Virus record (IMG/VR): IMGVR_UViG_3300032315_001604
Coordinates: 32,001-96,000 of that record
Reading direction: 5' to 3' (one strand)
DNA: 64,000 nt
Origin: a virus
Positions 18,093-27,880 of the stretch are shown piece after piece. The translations under genes and the position numbers were made by a program. Numbering within the stretch: the stretch's first letter is position 1; every line of letters starts with the position of its first letter. Under the pieces are notes generated by a model, which saw only the letters and a program-made list of their open reading frames with translations, made no database searches and was not told where the DNA came from.

Positions 18093-20059
18093 GCACCACC
18101 TTCACATTCCAAACCTTGAATAGCATCTTCTCCTATATCAGAAGATTTCATCGTTTGAATTGGTTTAACTTTAGCTTTATTTTTTTCGTATGTTTCACCA
18201 TTAATTTCTTCGTATGGTGCTTGTTTGAATCCGTGATTTTGTCTCAACAAAAAGCTTACAGATTTAATTGAATTTTGATAATTTTCTTCTAACCATTTTT
18301 TAAGCTCTGGAAGTTCTTCTTCCGAGTAATATGCGGTAACACTAACCGCATTATCTGACCAAATAGTTTGAAGTTTTTTGACTGTTTCGAGTTGTTTGAT
18401 AACTCCCATATCTGCTGCAAAAATTGCACCATCTGGAGTTTCGCATGGAAACTCAATAACAACGGTATCATGATTTTCGGATCCATCGAAATTGATTACA
18501 TATTCAGTATGATAACCATTATCTCTGCAATATTGAACCAATGGATCATTACTAGCCATACGCACACGACGAATATAGTATTTTGAATAAGCGGGATGGA
18601 TTCCTGGTGTAGCACCACCAAGTAGACTTAATGTTCCACTAGGCTTAATTGTTGTAAGTTTAATACTACGAGGCCAACCTTTTTGTTTGCTCCATTCTTT
18701 ATCAAATTTGCGTAGTTCTTTGTAACAATCGTCTAACCAATCAACTTTATCAAGTGATTGACAAACACCAGTTACTCCAAGACCAAGACGCATGTTCTTA
18801 TGAACAATTTTATTTGTTTCATCATGAATGAATGGAAGTGCAGCAATTGCTTTTTGGGTTTTATAAAGCAATTTAGCACAATCAATTAATTCTTCTTTGT
18901 TTGTAACATTATTCAGATAAAGTTCTGAAAGATTACAACACTCATATGAAGCAAGACTGATTTCACCACAAGGATTTGTACCAACTACATTGTCTTCATC
19001 GGTTGGATAAAGACTAGAATCCTTCATTGGACCGTCTTTAATTCTTCCATATTTCTGAGAAAGAGGAAGGTTAAAGAAACCATAAGGTTCGCCTTTCGCA
19101 AAACCAGTTTCTTTATCTGTTGTATAACCATTTTGCCAGATCTCGTTTGAAATGTGGGAAAAGTCATCAGCATAAATCGTGTTGTTAGACATTGCTCTCC
19201 AGTTAGGAATATTTCCCAATGACCAATTTTTTGCGCGTAAAAAGAGATAATCATCAGGATCTCCTATAGCGATTTGAGCAGAACGACGAACATTACCAGA
19301 AACAACAATACTTCCAATGATATTACAAATATCTAATACATCAATAGAACGAAGTTTTTTACCTTCTCTTGTTTGGAAGATTTTTGCAATTTTATCAATA
19401 CCTTCTATTAATATTCCTGCTCCACTAGCTTGTCCACCAAAACCTCGAATCTTTTCACCTGCACCGCGAACAAGAATTGTAGAATAATTAAAAGATTTTC
19501 CAGATACATAAAAAGCATGAAGAACACGATCTAGCAATTCGATCCAACCTTCACGACTATCGGGAATAATAAATTTTGCATCTTTTGTATATTCGTGTGT
19601 AATCGTTACACCTTTTTTAATTTTAGGAAGTTCGTGAATATCTTCTCTACGAATAGAAAAACCGACACCGCCGCCAAGCATTAAATTTTCAAACAAAAAT
19701 AAAAATGCTTTTGGTTCGTTCATAGATACGTTCCAGCAATTCAATAAAGAATTTGCTCCAAAACGCTCAACTGTGTTTGTTCCTAATTGCCAAAGCATTC
19801 TTCCTGCATAATTGCAGCGCAAATTAAAAATATGATCGAAAAGTCTTTCTGCTTCTTCTTGTGTATAATCTGCTCCTAATTTTTGTGCGCCGTTAATACA
19901 ACGTTGAATCGTTTCATGCCATTCTTCTTTTTGACCATCTTCTTTTAAACGAGCATATGTTCTTTTATAAACAATATAACCTAATCCGTTAAATCCCCAG
20001 TTTGTTTTTTTATTCGAATATTGTTTAGTAAATTCATCTGAAATAATATTTGTGCTCAT
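18077..20059 (-). CDS. nrdJ: Class II (adenosylcobalamin) ribonucleotide reductase, monomeric RTPR type
   Basis: LLNC, TNPCGEISL, ECCNLSE, TIKPSGT, C-terminal CEGGACPIK redox pair. Confidence 0.95.
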   Translation of the reverse strand: MSTNIISDEFTKQYSNKKTNWGFNGLGYIVYKRTYARLKEDGQKEEWHETIQRCINGAQKLGADYTQEEAERLFDHIFNLRCNYAGRMLWQLGTNTVERFGANSLLNCWNVSMNEPKAFLFLFENLMLGGGVGFSIRREDIHELPKIKKGVTITHEYTKDAKFIIPDSREGWIELLDRVLHAFYVSGKSFNYSTILVRGAGEKIRGFGGQASGAGILIEGIDKIAKIFQTREGKKLRSIDVLDICNIIGSIVVSGNVRRSAQIAIGDPDDYLFLRAKNWSLGNIPNWRAMSNNTIYADDFSHISNEIWQNGYTTDKETGFAKGEPYGFFNLPLSQKYGRIKDGPMKDSSLYPTDEDNVVGTNPCGEISLASYECCNLSELYLNNVTNKEELIDCAKLLYKTQKAIAALPFIHDETNKIVHKNMRLGLGVTGVCQSLDKVDWLDDCYKELRKFDKEWSKQKGWPRSIKLTTIKPSGTLSLLGGATPGIHPAYSKYYIRRVRMASNDPLVQYCRDNGYHTEYVINFDGSENHDTVVIEFPCETPDGAIFAADMGVIKQLETVKKLQTIWSDNAVSVTAYYSEEELPELKKWLEENYQNSIKSVSFLLRQNHGFKQAPYEEINGETYEKNKAKVKPIQTMKSSDIGEDAIQGLECEGGACPIK

Positions 20060-20096
20060 GTTTTATATTTAAAGGAAATTGACAATAATCAATATA

Positions 20097-20483
20097 TCAT
20101 TTTTTATTTTTTTTGTAAATCTTTTTTTTAGTTTTTTTCTTCAAAATATTCTTTTGAAGTTCTGCTTTATATAATTTGATTGCTAGATATTTTAAAAATC
20201 TTGTAATATCCAGCAAAGATAAATTGTTAATAAGTCGAGATTCTGTATATAAAACTTGAGTTTCTGACCAATCGGGATACAGATAATGAACACATTCATG
20301 ATATGCTGTTCGAAGCATATCTTTACGATGATCAATTTCTAAAACATCTTTTTCGTAATCACACCAACCATAATAGTATCCTCCCAATCTTTTAAAGATA
20401 AAAAAACTAGGCGGCTTTCTGCGAACTAAATTTAGACATTTTTCATGTATCTGATTTAGCTGATACTTTTTGAGTTTTTTCAC
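20097..20483 (-). CDS. Zincin-like (HExxH) small protein
   Basis: AYHECVH..YPDWSE motif; GTG start. Confidence 0.5.
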   Translation of the reverse strand: MKKLKKYQLNQIHEKCLNLVRRKPPSFFIFKRLGGYYYGWCDYEKDVLEIDHRKDMLRTAYHECVHYLYPDWSETQVLYTESRLINNLSLLDITRFLKYLAIKLYKAELQKNILKKKTKKKIYKKNKK

Positions 20484-20498
20484 AATAATATTTAGCCA

Positions 20499-20687
20499 TT
20501 ATTTTAAGTTTGTAGATTGTTGATGTGTAATGCCATGAAATAACGATATAATAATATAAACTGATAACCAATTATTAAAATTATAGGCTATTTCTAGAGA
20601 AAATAGATTATTTAAGCTCCACATTAAAAGAAGTGGAGCAAAAGCTATGTATAAAAGCAAAATGACTAGATAAATTATTATTTTCAT
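20499..20687 (-). CDS. Small membrane protein
   Basis: Two hydrophobic stretches in 62 aa. Confidence 0.55.
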   Translation of the reverse strand: MKIIIYLVILLLYIAFAPLLLMWSLNNLFSLEIAYNFNNWLSVYIIISLFHGITHQQSTNLK

Positions 20688-20730
20688 AAGATATCATCTT
20701 AAAATATTTTTTTGAAAAATCAATTTTTAT

Positions 20731-20759
20731 TTGCTTTTATTAGTGTTTAAGGTTAGTAT
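20731..20759 (+). promoter_or_regulatory. sigma70-type promoter; ATG 20766 lies 6 nt after the -10 box
   Basis: TTGCTT-17 nt-TAGTAT. Confidence 0.6.
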
Positions 20760-20765
20760 GAGCAT

Positions 20766-21953
20766 ATGCTTTTTTCTAAAAATTTAAATGCAGTATCCGT
20801 TTCAAAAAAAGTTGATTATTATAGATTAGAAATGGGCAATGAGTTTCCTATAAAAAGATATATTACAGAAATGTATGGATATGCTCCATGTAGTTATAGC
20901 ATTGAAACCGATTTCAATTGTAATATTTTAGATTTTTTAACTCAAAATGGCGAATTAATAAACTTTTTAGCATATGGAAAATATGAAAATATTTTAGAGG
21001 GAAATGTTGAAAAATTAAAAAATGGCTTTTTCTTATTTAAATATAAAGACGTTTTTATAAAAATATCTTTAAAAAACTTTTCAAGTAATTTGTTCGATAA
21101 TGACGATATTGAAATTTCAATAGAAAGTAACAAAGAAGAAAAAAAAACATTCGCTTTATGTTTTTATGGTCCTGCTAATATTAAAGAATATCCTTTAAAA
21201 GATTTTGAATCTTTTATTATAAAAGATAAACAAAATACTAAAGTTCATCTTTTTATTAAAAATCAATATGGCGATTATGATTTTGAACCACTTTCAATTA
21301 ACTTGCCAACCAATTTAGATTTGGAATTGAATTACGGTAAAGACTTTTTAGATGTTGATAAAAAAATCAAAGATCGTCTCGCAGAAAAACCAAATGGTTT
21401 ATTCATGTTTCATGGATTGCCAGGTACAGGAAAAACGACATATATCAAATATTTGGCATCACAAGTAAAAAGAGACTTTATCTATATTCCGACATCAATG
21501 ATTGAGTTTTTTACATCGGATCCTAACTGTCTTCATACCTTAATACAAAAACCAAATTCTGTTATTATTTTGGAAGATGCTGAAAAAGCAATTCTTAAAA
21601 GATTGGGTGATGGCATGGATTCTTCCGCAGTATCATCACTTTTAAATCTATCAGATGGTATTTTAAGTGATATATTAAAAACTTCTGTTATTGTGACTTA
21701 TAATTGTCCAAAACAAGATGTTGATGATGCATTAAAAAGAAAAGGTAGATTACAAATAGATTATGAATTTTCTGCACTATCAGTCGAAAATTCTAAAAAA
21801 TTAGCTAAACATTTAAAGTATCCAAAAAAACTTATTGAAGAAAAAATAGCAAAACCTTTAACCCTAAACGAGATTTATAACTTAGAAAAGGATGTAGAGT
21901 TTTATAATGAAACAAAAAAACAAGAGCCAAAAAGAATCGGGTTTGGAGCTTAA
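20766..21953 (+). CDS. AAA+ ATPase
   Basis: HGLPGTGKT Walker A, IILEDAE Walker B, LLNLSDG, RKGRL Arg finger, C-terminal RIGFG. Confidence 0.92.
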   Translation: MLFSKNLNAVSVSKKVDYYRLEMGNEFPIKRYITEMYGYAPCSYSIETDFNCNILDFLTQNGELINFLAYGKYENILEGNVEKLKNGFFLFKYKDVFIKISLKNFSSNLFDNDDIEISIESNKEEKKTFALCFYGPANIKEYPLKDFESFIIKDKQNTKVHLFIKNQYGDYDFEPLSINLPTNLDLELNYGKDFLDVDKKIKDRLAEKPNGLFMFHGLPGTGKTTYIKYLASQVKRDFIYIPTSMIEFFTSDPNCLHTLIQKPNSVIILEDAEKAILKRLGDGMDSSAVSSLLNLSDGILSDILKTSVIVTYNCPKQDVDDALKRKGRLQIDYEFSALSVENSKKLAKHLKYPKKLIEEKIAKPLTLNEIYNLEKDVEFYNETKKQEPKRIGFGA

Positions 21954-22746
21954 TTCTTTTATTGAATTAGAAGAATGCTTTTCACATATTAAGTTTTTTA
22001 GTAAAAATCACACTTATACTATTAACGATAATCCAGCAAAAACTTCCGTTTCTGGTTTGTTAAAAAAATATGAGAAGCCTTTTGAAAAAAATAAAGTCGC
22101 AACGTATGTTGCAGAACGTGATCAAAAAAGCGTAGAAGCCGTTTTAGCTGAATGGGAATTTGCAAAAAATTATTCATGTCATAAAGGTTCGGAATTTCAT
22201 TTATTTGTAGAAAACTATTTTAGTAGAAAGCAAACAACAATAGATGCTAAAGCATTAAAAAATTTTTATAAAGAAAACGAAAATTTTTATAAAGACACAT
22301 CAATTAGCGAATATTATAAAGAGCTTGCTCACTTAATTAAAAACTTTTTAAATTTTTATAATTGGTGGAAAAAAGATCACATTCTTTTAAAATCGGAATT
22401 TGTTGTAGGAGATAAAGAATCTGGTATTTGTGGAACGATAGACAATTTATCTTATAATAAAGAAACAAACGAGTTGGTCATTTTTGACTATAAAACAAAC
22501 AAAGAAATTAAAAAGAAAAATCCAAGAGATGATACTTTCTTACAACCCATTCAGTATCTATCTCAGTGTGAATATATCAAATATAGTCTACAACTTTGTT
22601 TATATCAAACAATTATTGAAAGAAATAGTGATTTTAAAGTCCCTAAATCTTATATAGTATGGGTAGCCAATAAAGAAAAATATGAGTTAATGGAAACATT
22701 AAATCTTAGAAAAGAAGCAGAAATGTTACTCGATCAGCATAAATAA
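21907..22746 (+). CDS. PD-(D/E)XK exonuclease (RecB/Cas4-like fold); true start probably downstream of 21907
   Basis: KGSEFH, SE, GTIDNL, IFDYKT, YSLQL.LY. Confidence 0.85.
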   Translation: MKQKNKSQKESGLELNSFIELEECFSHIKFFSKNHTYTINDNPAKTSVSGLLKKYEKPFEKNKVATYVAERDQKSVEAVLAEWEFAKNYSCHKGSEFHLFVENYFSRKQTTIDAKALKNFYKENENFYKDTSISEYYKELAHLIKNFLNFYNWWKKDHILLKSEFVVGDKESGICGTIDNLSYNKETNELVIFDYKTNKEIKKKNPRDDTFLQPIQYLSQCEYIKYSLQLCLYQTIIERNSDFKVPKSYIVWVANKEKYELMETLNLRKEAEMLLDQHK

Positions 22747-22751
22747 TTAAT

Positions 22752-23312
22752 ATGAGATCAAGAGATGAAATTTTATTGGCAGAAGCTTATTCTGCTATTT
22801 TAGAAGAAAAAAAGAAAAAGCTTTCTGATAAACAAAAAAAGATTGCTTCAGTAGCTGAACCAAAAGATGAAATTACTGGTGCAGATTTTAAAAAGTTAAA
22901 AGAAGAAAATTTAGACATGGTTGGTGTTGAAATGGCTGATGAACATCCTCATTTTTCAGGAGGAGGTGAAGAAGAAGAAGAGTCATCAATGAATGAAACA
23001 AACCTTTCAGCAATTTGTAAAAATGCTAAAATGTTAATGAGCATTGTAAAAAGTGGAGCAGATCTTGATACATGGATGCAGCAATCACTTGCAGTAATTG
23101 CTGATAATATTACAAGTGTTGCTCAAGTAGCAGTTTATGATTTCAATAAAAATAACACGTACACCGAAGCTAAACAAGTAAATCCTTGGGCAGTATGTGG
23201 AAAAATTGAAGATAAACCAAAAAAAGAACGTTGCGTAAAAGGTGTGAAAAAAAGTGCTAAAAAGTACGGTAAAAAAATAACATCAAAATCAATTAAAGCA
23301 AAAAGTAAATAA
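22752..23312 (+). CDS. Putative head-associated or internal protein
   Basis: N-terminal LLAEAYSAILEE, basic C-terminus, TAAATA late-type box at 22740-22745. Confidence 0.5.
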   Translation: MRSRDEILLAEAYSAILEEKKKKLSDKQKKIASVAEPKDEITGADFKKLKEENLDMVGVEMADEHPHFSGGGEEEEESSMNETNLSAICKNAKMLMSIVKSGADLDTWMQQSLAVIADNITSVAQVAVYDFNKNNTYTEAKQVNPWAVCGKIEDKPKKERCVKGVKKSAKKYGKKITSKSIKAKSK

Positions 23313-23357
23313 TTTGTAGAAATGTAATTAAACTAGGATAAATAATATTATAATACT

Positions 23358-24218
23358 ATGATAGATCCAATCGCAAAAGCATACTTAAAAGTCATCGAAG
23401 AAGAAACTTCTTCATGTGTAGTCGATTCAACTAAAACACAAGTTGGTAAAGTTTTTGGAGATGCTGAATCTGAAAAGAAAGCACACGAAACAGCACCTAA
23501 CTCATCAACCGAAAAAGTTGAAAAAGAAGTAGAAGAACCAACCGAAGCTCCTGATGAATTGACAAGTGCTGGTGCAGACGGTGAACTCAAAGCAGTAAAA
23601 ACTGAAGCAAGCAATCCTTTTGATGCTCTTTATAATAAAGTTTTAAATGAAGAAATGTTTGATTTTTCAACAGCAGATAATTCATTAGAACCTAGTGATG
23701 AGATGGCATCTGAAGAAGATACAGAAGAATTTGATGATGAATCAGAAGATTCCGATGAAATTACAGTAACATTAGATCGTGAAATGGCTCAAAAACTTCA
23801 TGATGTATTAATGGCAGTTCTCGGAAACGAAGAAGAAACTGAAGAAACTGAAGAAGCAGAAGAAGAAACTGAAGATGAATTAGAAGACATGGATGAAGTT
23901 AAAGAATCTGTTGACGAAGAAGAAGAAGAAGACGAAGAAGAAGACGAAGATGAGGAAGAAATGGAAGAAGCCGTCGAAGCAGAATATCATGGACACGCTT
24001 TAGTAGATCAAGAAAAATTAGAAAAAGGAATGACTAAACATTCTAATATGGAAGTTAAAGGTGCAGTTCCCGTTTCAAAGAAAAAAGCTGAAGTAGTAAA
24101 AGGTAAAAAAGCAGACGGAAAACCTGAAAAAATGACAGGAAATCCAGAAGAACTTACCAGCAAAAGTAAAAACAATGCTGGTGGTGTAAAAACTGGTCAA
24201 TTCCTTTTTGATCAATAA
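23358..24218 (+). CDS. Highly acidic prohead core/scaffold-like protein
   Basis: Long Glu/Asp tracts, IAKAYLKVIEEE start, late-type box at 23339-23344, terminator follows. Confidence 0.55.
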   Translation: MIDPIAKAYLKVIEEETSSCVVDSTKTQVGKVFGDAESEKKAHETAPNSSTEKVEKEVEEPTEAPDELTSAGADGELKAVKTEASNPFDALYNKVLNEEMFDFSTADNSLEPSDEMASEEDTEEFDDESEDSDEITVTLDREMAQKLHDVLMAVLGNEEETEETEEAEEETEDELEDMDEVKESVDEEEEEDEEEDEDEEEMEEAVEAEYHGHALVDQEKLEKGMTKHSNMEVKGAVPVSKKKAEVVKGKKADGKPEKMTGNPEELTSKSKNNAGGVKTGQFLFDQ

Positions 24219-24237
24219 AAAACAAATATACTCAAAG

Positions 24238-24263
24238 AAACCCCGCTTCGGCGGGGTTTTTTA
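24238..24263 (+). terminator. Rho-independent terminator
   Basis: AAACCCCGC-TTCG-GCGGGGTTT plus T tract (UUCG tetraloop). Confidence 0.92.
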
Positions 24264-24280
24264 TTAGTAAGTATAGTATA

Positions 24281-24610
24281 ATGAATTTTAAAAAGTTTTT
24301 TAATTTAAATTCTAGCAACCCACAACATCGCAGTATTAAAAGAATTACTGATGTTGGAGCAGACAGAAAACATCAAAACATCGTTGCTAAATCTCAAGGA
24401 ACATATCAATATAAAGATAGTGCTTTAGACGATGCAGAATTAAACAAAAGCGTTTTAATATCTAATACTAGAGCACAAAGTATTGCTAATAAATATGGTT
24501 TAAATATAGAAAAAGAAAATAAAAATAAACCATTTCAAAAACAATTAAAAGATTCTGGAAAATTTTTAATTTATATTCCAAATAAAGGATATTATATAAA
24601 GAGCAAATAA
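24281..24610 (+). CDS. Hypothetical basic protein
   Basis: TAAGTA at 24268-24273 upstream; 109 aa. Confidence 0.55.
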   Translation: MNFKKFFNLNSSNPQHRSIKRITDVGADRKHQNIVAKSQGTYQYKDSALDDAELNKSVLISNTRAQSIANKYGLNIEKENKNKPFQKQLKDSGKFLIYIPNKGYYIKSK

Positions 24611-24611
24611 A

Positions 24612-25241
24612 ATGGAAACTTTAAGATATTTAGATAAGCAAAACAATCTAAACGAAAGAAACAATTTTGCCTTTTGGTGGAAAGAGCAGATTAACATATA
24701 CGGTCAAATGACTGAATATTATGCAACTAATGCTACACTATCTGCTATGAATCCTATATATGGTGAACAACCAGATTTAAGTTTTGGAACTGGACAAAAC
24801 TTGGTTGTAATGTTAAATTTAAATAATGATTCATATCTATTATCTAAATTTGGTATTCTTGCAGATAGTGATGTAACAGGGGTGATACATCCATCACATT
24901 TTACTGCTATATATGGATTATCAGCGGAACCAAAAAATGGTGATTTGATTAAACTTTCAGAATTCGGTAATGATCGTCTAAATTATCCAAGAAGAGGTGG
25001 AGGAATTTATGAAATAACAGAAGTAATTGATGAATTTCAATTAAATGCTATTGCTAGTCATTATGTTTGGTTTTTTAAAGCTAAGAGATATGATTACAGT
25101 CATGAAACTGGATCTCCAGGTTCTGGACAAGGAAACAATGCTGCAAATGATAATGATATTATAGAACAAGCAGCACAAGACAATTTTAATTACATTGAAG
25201 ATAATCCATGTAGCAATACATCGGTCTATGGTGATTACTAA
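24612..25241 (+). CDS. gp14: Neck / head-closure protein, T4 gp14-like
   Basis: PIYGEQP, FGILADSD, P..GDLI, YEITEV pattern; structural context. Confidence 0.6.
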   Translation: METLRYLDKQNNLNERNNFAFWWKEQINIYGQMTEYYATNATLSAMNPIYGEQPDLSFGTGQNLVVMLNLNNDSYLLSKFGILADSDVTGVIHPSHFTAIYGLSAEPKNGDLIKLSEFGNDRLNYPRRGGGIYEITEVIDEFQLNAIASHYVWFFKAKRYDYSHETGSPGSGQGNNAANDNDIIEQAAQDNFNYIEDNPCSNTSVYGDY

Positions 25242-25561
25242 AAAGTATATTCTTTTTCAGAAGAATATTTTGTCGTATTTAAATGTTCTTCACTATAACA
25301 AATTTCAATATTATAAAGTTGTTCTAGAACTTTTTTAAGAATAATATTTTCTGTTGCTTCCATGTATTTATAAATCGCTAAAGGTTTAATATCTAATTTA
25401 TCAAACGGTAATTTTTTTTCTTCGGCTTTATCAGCTATCATATTAACAGCTTCAAATAAGCATATCCATCTCGCTAATTGTGATGCTTCATCATGTGTTT
25501 TTTCCCACCACTTTAGCTGGTCATCTTTTTTATTTTTTATTTTTAAGTATTTCTTTTTCAT
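25238..25561 (-). CDS. Hypothetical protein
   Basis: 107-aa ORF coupled to 25558-25983. Confidence 0.55.
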   Translation of the reverse strand: MKKKYLKIKNKKDDQLKWWEKTHDEASQLARWICLFEAVNMIADKAEEKKLPFDKLDIKPLAIYKYMEATENIILKKVLEQLYNIEICYSEEHLNTTKYSSEKEYTF

Positions 25562-25983
25562 GCTTTTTCTAAAGGTATTCCTGTTATATTTGAAACATTA
25601 ATAGGTTCTGTTACTCTGGCAACTGTAAATCCTATTGTTACAACATTTTTCTTTTTACAAGAATCACATTCAAATTCTAAGCGTGAAGTGTCTTGTGGTA
25701 AGAATGTCATTAAATTTGGCTGATTACAATATGCACAATTTAAAATTGTTGATAAGTTTTCAAGTTTATCGAGTTCTTTTTGTTTTGTTTTTTCTACGAA
25801 AAAAGAAATAACCATTGACGAAATTGCATAAAATAAAATATATTGAATAGCAATAAATATCAAAAATATAGCTAGAAAATTATAGCCTAATAGATATCCG
25901 CCCATACCAGCAAGTAAAGAAACAACACTAACGTAAAAAGTAGATTTTATAAAGTTTTTAGATTTTGAGTCTAATTTAGACAT
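25558..25983 (-). CDS. Two-TM membrane protein with a C-terminal Zn ribbon
   Basis: Two hydrophobic helices, then CAYC...CDSC. Confidence 0.65.
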   Translation of the reverse strand: MSKLDSKSKNFIKSTFYVSVVSLLAGMGGYLLGYNFLAIFLIFIAIQYILFYAISSMVISFFVEKTKQKELDKLENLSTILNCAYCNQPNLMTFLPQDTSRLEFECDSCKKKNVVTIGFTVARVTEPINVSNITGIPLEKA

Positions 25984-25989
25984 AAAAGA

Positions 25990-26018
25990 ATATTACCAAA
26001 ATATTCCTTTTTTGTCAA
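25990..26018 (-). promoter_or_regulatory. sigma70-type promoter; ATG 25983 lies 6 nt after the -10 box
   Basis: Minus strand TTGACA-17 nt-TAATAT. Confidence 0.7.
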
Positions 26019-26024
26019 CACATT

Positions 26025-26507
26025 TTATAATTTAGGTTGAGATTCTGGTTGGGATGGAATAGCCGCAACAGGAACTTGTAGCGGTGGTTGTTCTGACATA
26101 TTAACGACATCTGTAACACGCATACCAACATCTTTAATATCGTTTAAAGATCTTTTTAACTTTTTAAAAAGTTCTAACAATTCTGATTTTTGATTTTCGG
26201 TTAGTGATACTGTGTTATTATTAACACATTGGCTCAATTTTCCAGCAGCAGCTAATAATAATACAAACGCATCAGCTAAATCAGTGTTTATTGTTTGTAA
26301 AGGCCATGGAACACTTGATGGATTAGGAGGCTGTGGAACAGTTGGTGGAAACCCAACTGCTTGATTTTGTTGATTTGGAAAATTGTATCCATCCTTTGTA
26401 GAAAAAGGTACAAAATCTTTTCTTGGTCCTTGGCTATAAGCAGGATATTGTTTTGGTGACCAAGTACTTTCTAAAGATTCATTTAATATTTTATTTAAAT
26501 CGATCAT
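26025..26507 (-). CDS. Hypothetical protein (Pro/Gln-rich ends, central helical hairpin)
   Basis: 160-aa ORF starting MIDLNKILNESLE. Confidence 0.55.
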   Translation of the reverse strand: MIDLNKILNESLESTWSPKQYPAYSQGPRKDFVPFSTKDGYNFPNQQNQAVGFPPTVPQPPNPSSVPWPLQTINTDLADAFVLLLAAAGKLSQCVNNNTVSLTENQKSELLELFKKLKRSLNDIKDVGMRVTDVVNMSEQPPLQVPVAAIPSQPESQPKL

Positions 26508-26686
26508 CTTAATTTACCAACTTTAACTAAGTTACCACATCTGCCACAAATCCATCTACATTCTTTAGTTGGTTGTTTGGTTTGTGGATCTACCGTATCT
26601 AAAATTTTTCCATATACTTGAGCACCACAAAAAGAACATCCGATGGGTCTATTGTCTACTGCTTGATATTCTGGTGATTTGTTCAT
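26504..26686 (-). CDS. Small Zn-ribbon protein
   Basis: CSFC...CRWICGRC; TAAGTA upstream. Confidence 0.6.
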   Translation of the reverse strand: MNKSPEYQAVDNRPIGCSFCGAQVYGKILDTVDPQTKQPTKECRWICGRCGNLVKVGKLR

Positions 26687-26693
26687 ATTATAC

Positions 26694-27482
26694 TTACTTA
26701 GCGTTTTTAGGTTTCCAAGTATGTTTTTCGTTTTCTAATTTCTCTACGACAAATTTTACAAACTCAGATCTAACAATATCCTCTTTTGTAAATTCAAAAT
26801 GATGTATTCCAAATTTTTTGGAATCTTCATCGGAAAATATATCACATATTTTTGAAAAACCACCAGATTTATTTTCTGGTAAATCTGATTGCATTGGATC
26901 ACCACAAAAAATAATTTTGGAAAATTCGCCCATTCTTGTAATGGTTGTAATCAATTCTCTAAAACTAATATTTTGACATTCATCAACTATTACGCACTTA
27001 GTAGCCCAATGTAAACCACGAATATAATTCACTGGTGTAGCATTAAATCTTTCATCATTTCTTAATCTGTTTATAGTTGCTTTGTCTAATAATTCTTCTA
27101 GCTTTTCCATAAAAGGAACCATATATGCTTCAAATTTTTCATCAATAGTTCCTGGTAAATAACCGATTTTACTATCAGCACTTTCCACTGCACTTCTTAC
27201 AAAGATAATATCAGATATTTTTTTATTTCTTAATAAATGTAAAGCACCATAAACAGCAGTAATAGTTTTTGAAACACCTGCTGGTCCTTCGACAAAAACA
27301 CAACGAGTATCTTTATCAAGTAAAATTTTAATTAATTCTTTTTGTTTTTCAGTCCAAGGTAATTCTTTGATTGGGAAATCAAATGCTACTTTTTCTCTTT
27401 GAAATACATATGGTGATGTGTCTTTAGAAGAACTTTTTTTATCTAAAGACGTATCCTTTGAGCGGATCTTTTTTTTACTCAT
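26694..27482 (-). CDS. phoH: PhoH-family ATPase
   Basis: GPAGVSKT, RSAVE, LPG, YIRG, DECQN, TRMGEFSKIIFCGD..QSDL. Confidence 0.95.
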   Translation of the reverse strand: MSKKKIRSKDTSLDKKSSSKDTSPYVFQREKVAFDFPIKELPWTEKQKELIKILLDKDTRCVFVEGPAGVSKTITAVYGALHLLRNKKISDIIFVRSAVESADSKIGYLPGTIDEKFEAYMVPFMEKLEELLDKATINRLRNDERFNATPVNYIRGLHWATKCVIVDECQNISFRELITTITRMGEFSKIIFCGDPMQSDLPENKSGGFSKICDIFSDEDSKKFGIHHFEFTKEDIVRSEFVKFVVEKLENEKHTWKPKNAK

Positions 27483-27485
27483 ATT

Positions 27486-27860
27486 TTATACTCCGTAAGA
27501 AGTAGGACTGTTATTCGATGTAGCTTGTGAGGTTTGTTGGGTTTCGTTTCCTGTTTTTTGTGGTTCTTTTAAAATACCTTTTTTCATTAAACTTAAAACA
27601 AATTTTTCTTTTTTTTCTGTTGGTAATTTTTCAAAATCTAATTCATCAATTTTGTTGAGTAAATCATCTTCAGGATTAACTTCTGTACTATTTTCAAGAG
27701 GATCTGCTATAGCTTGTAATGCTTTTTTAGTAGCAGGATTTATACTTGTCATAACTTTTTTTAAATCTGATGATACTTGTTGTGGATTTACTGTGACACT
27801 TGAAGAAGAGGTTGTTAATTCTTCAATAACTTTGTTTAAAATGGTTTCAAATTTTTTCAT
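27486..27860 (-). CDS. Putative internal head protein; start moved from 27887
   Basis: MKKFETILNKVIEE start; TAAATA 8 nt upstream. Confidence 0.5.
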   Translation of the reverse strand: MKKFETILNKVIEELTTSSSSVTVNPQQVSSDLKKVMTSINPATKKALQAIADPLENSTEVNPEDDLLNKIDELDFEKLPTEKKEKFVLSLMKKGILKEPQKTGNETQQTSQATSNNSPTSYGV

Positions 27861-27880
27861 ATCTTTTATATTTATAAAAA

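Noticed and set aside
21907-22746. Cas4 or CRISPR association
   Set aside because: No repeat-spacer array or other cas genes, and no clear Fe-S cysteine set; it is a common stand-alone phage exonuclease
23840-23980. GAA/GAC-rich tandem repeats as an array or microsatellite system
   Set aside because: They simply encode the Glu/Asp tract of an acidic scaffold-like protein
26694-27482. phoH as a novel auxiliary gene
   Set aside because: It is widespread in T4-like phages, so it is listed as a feature only
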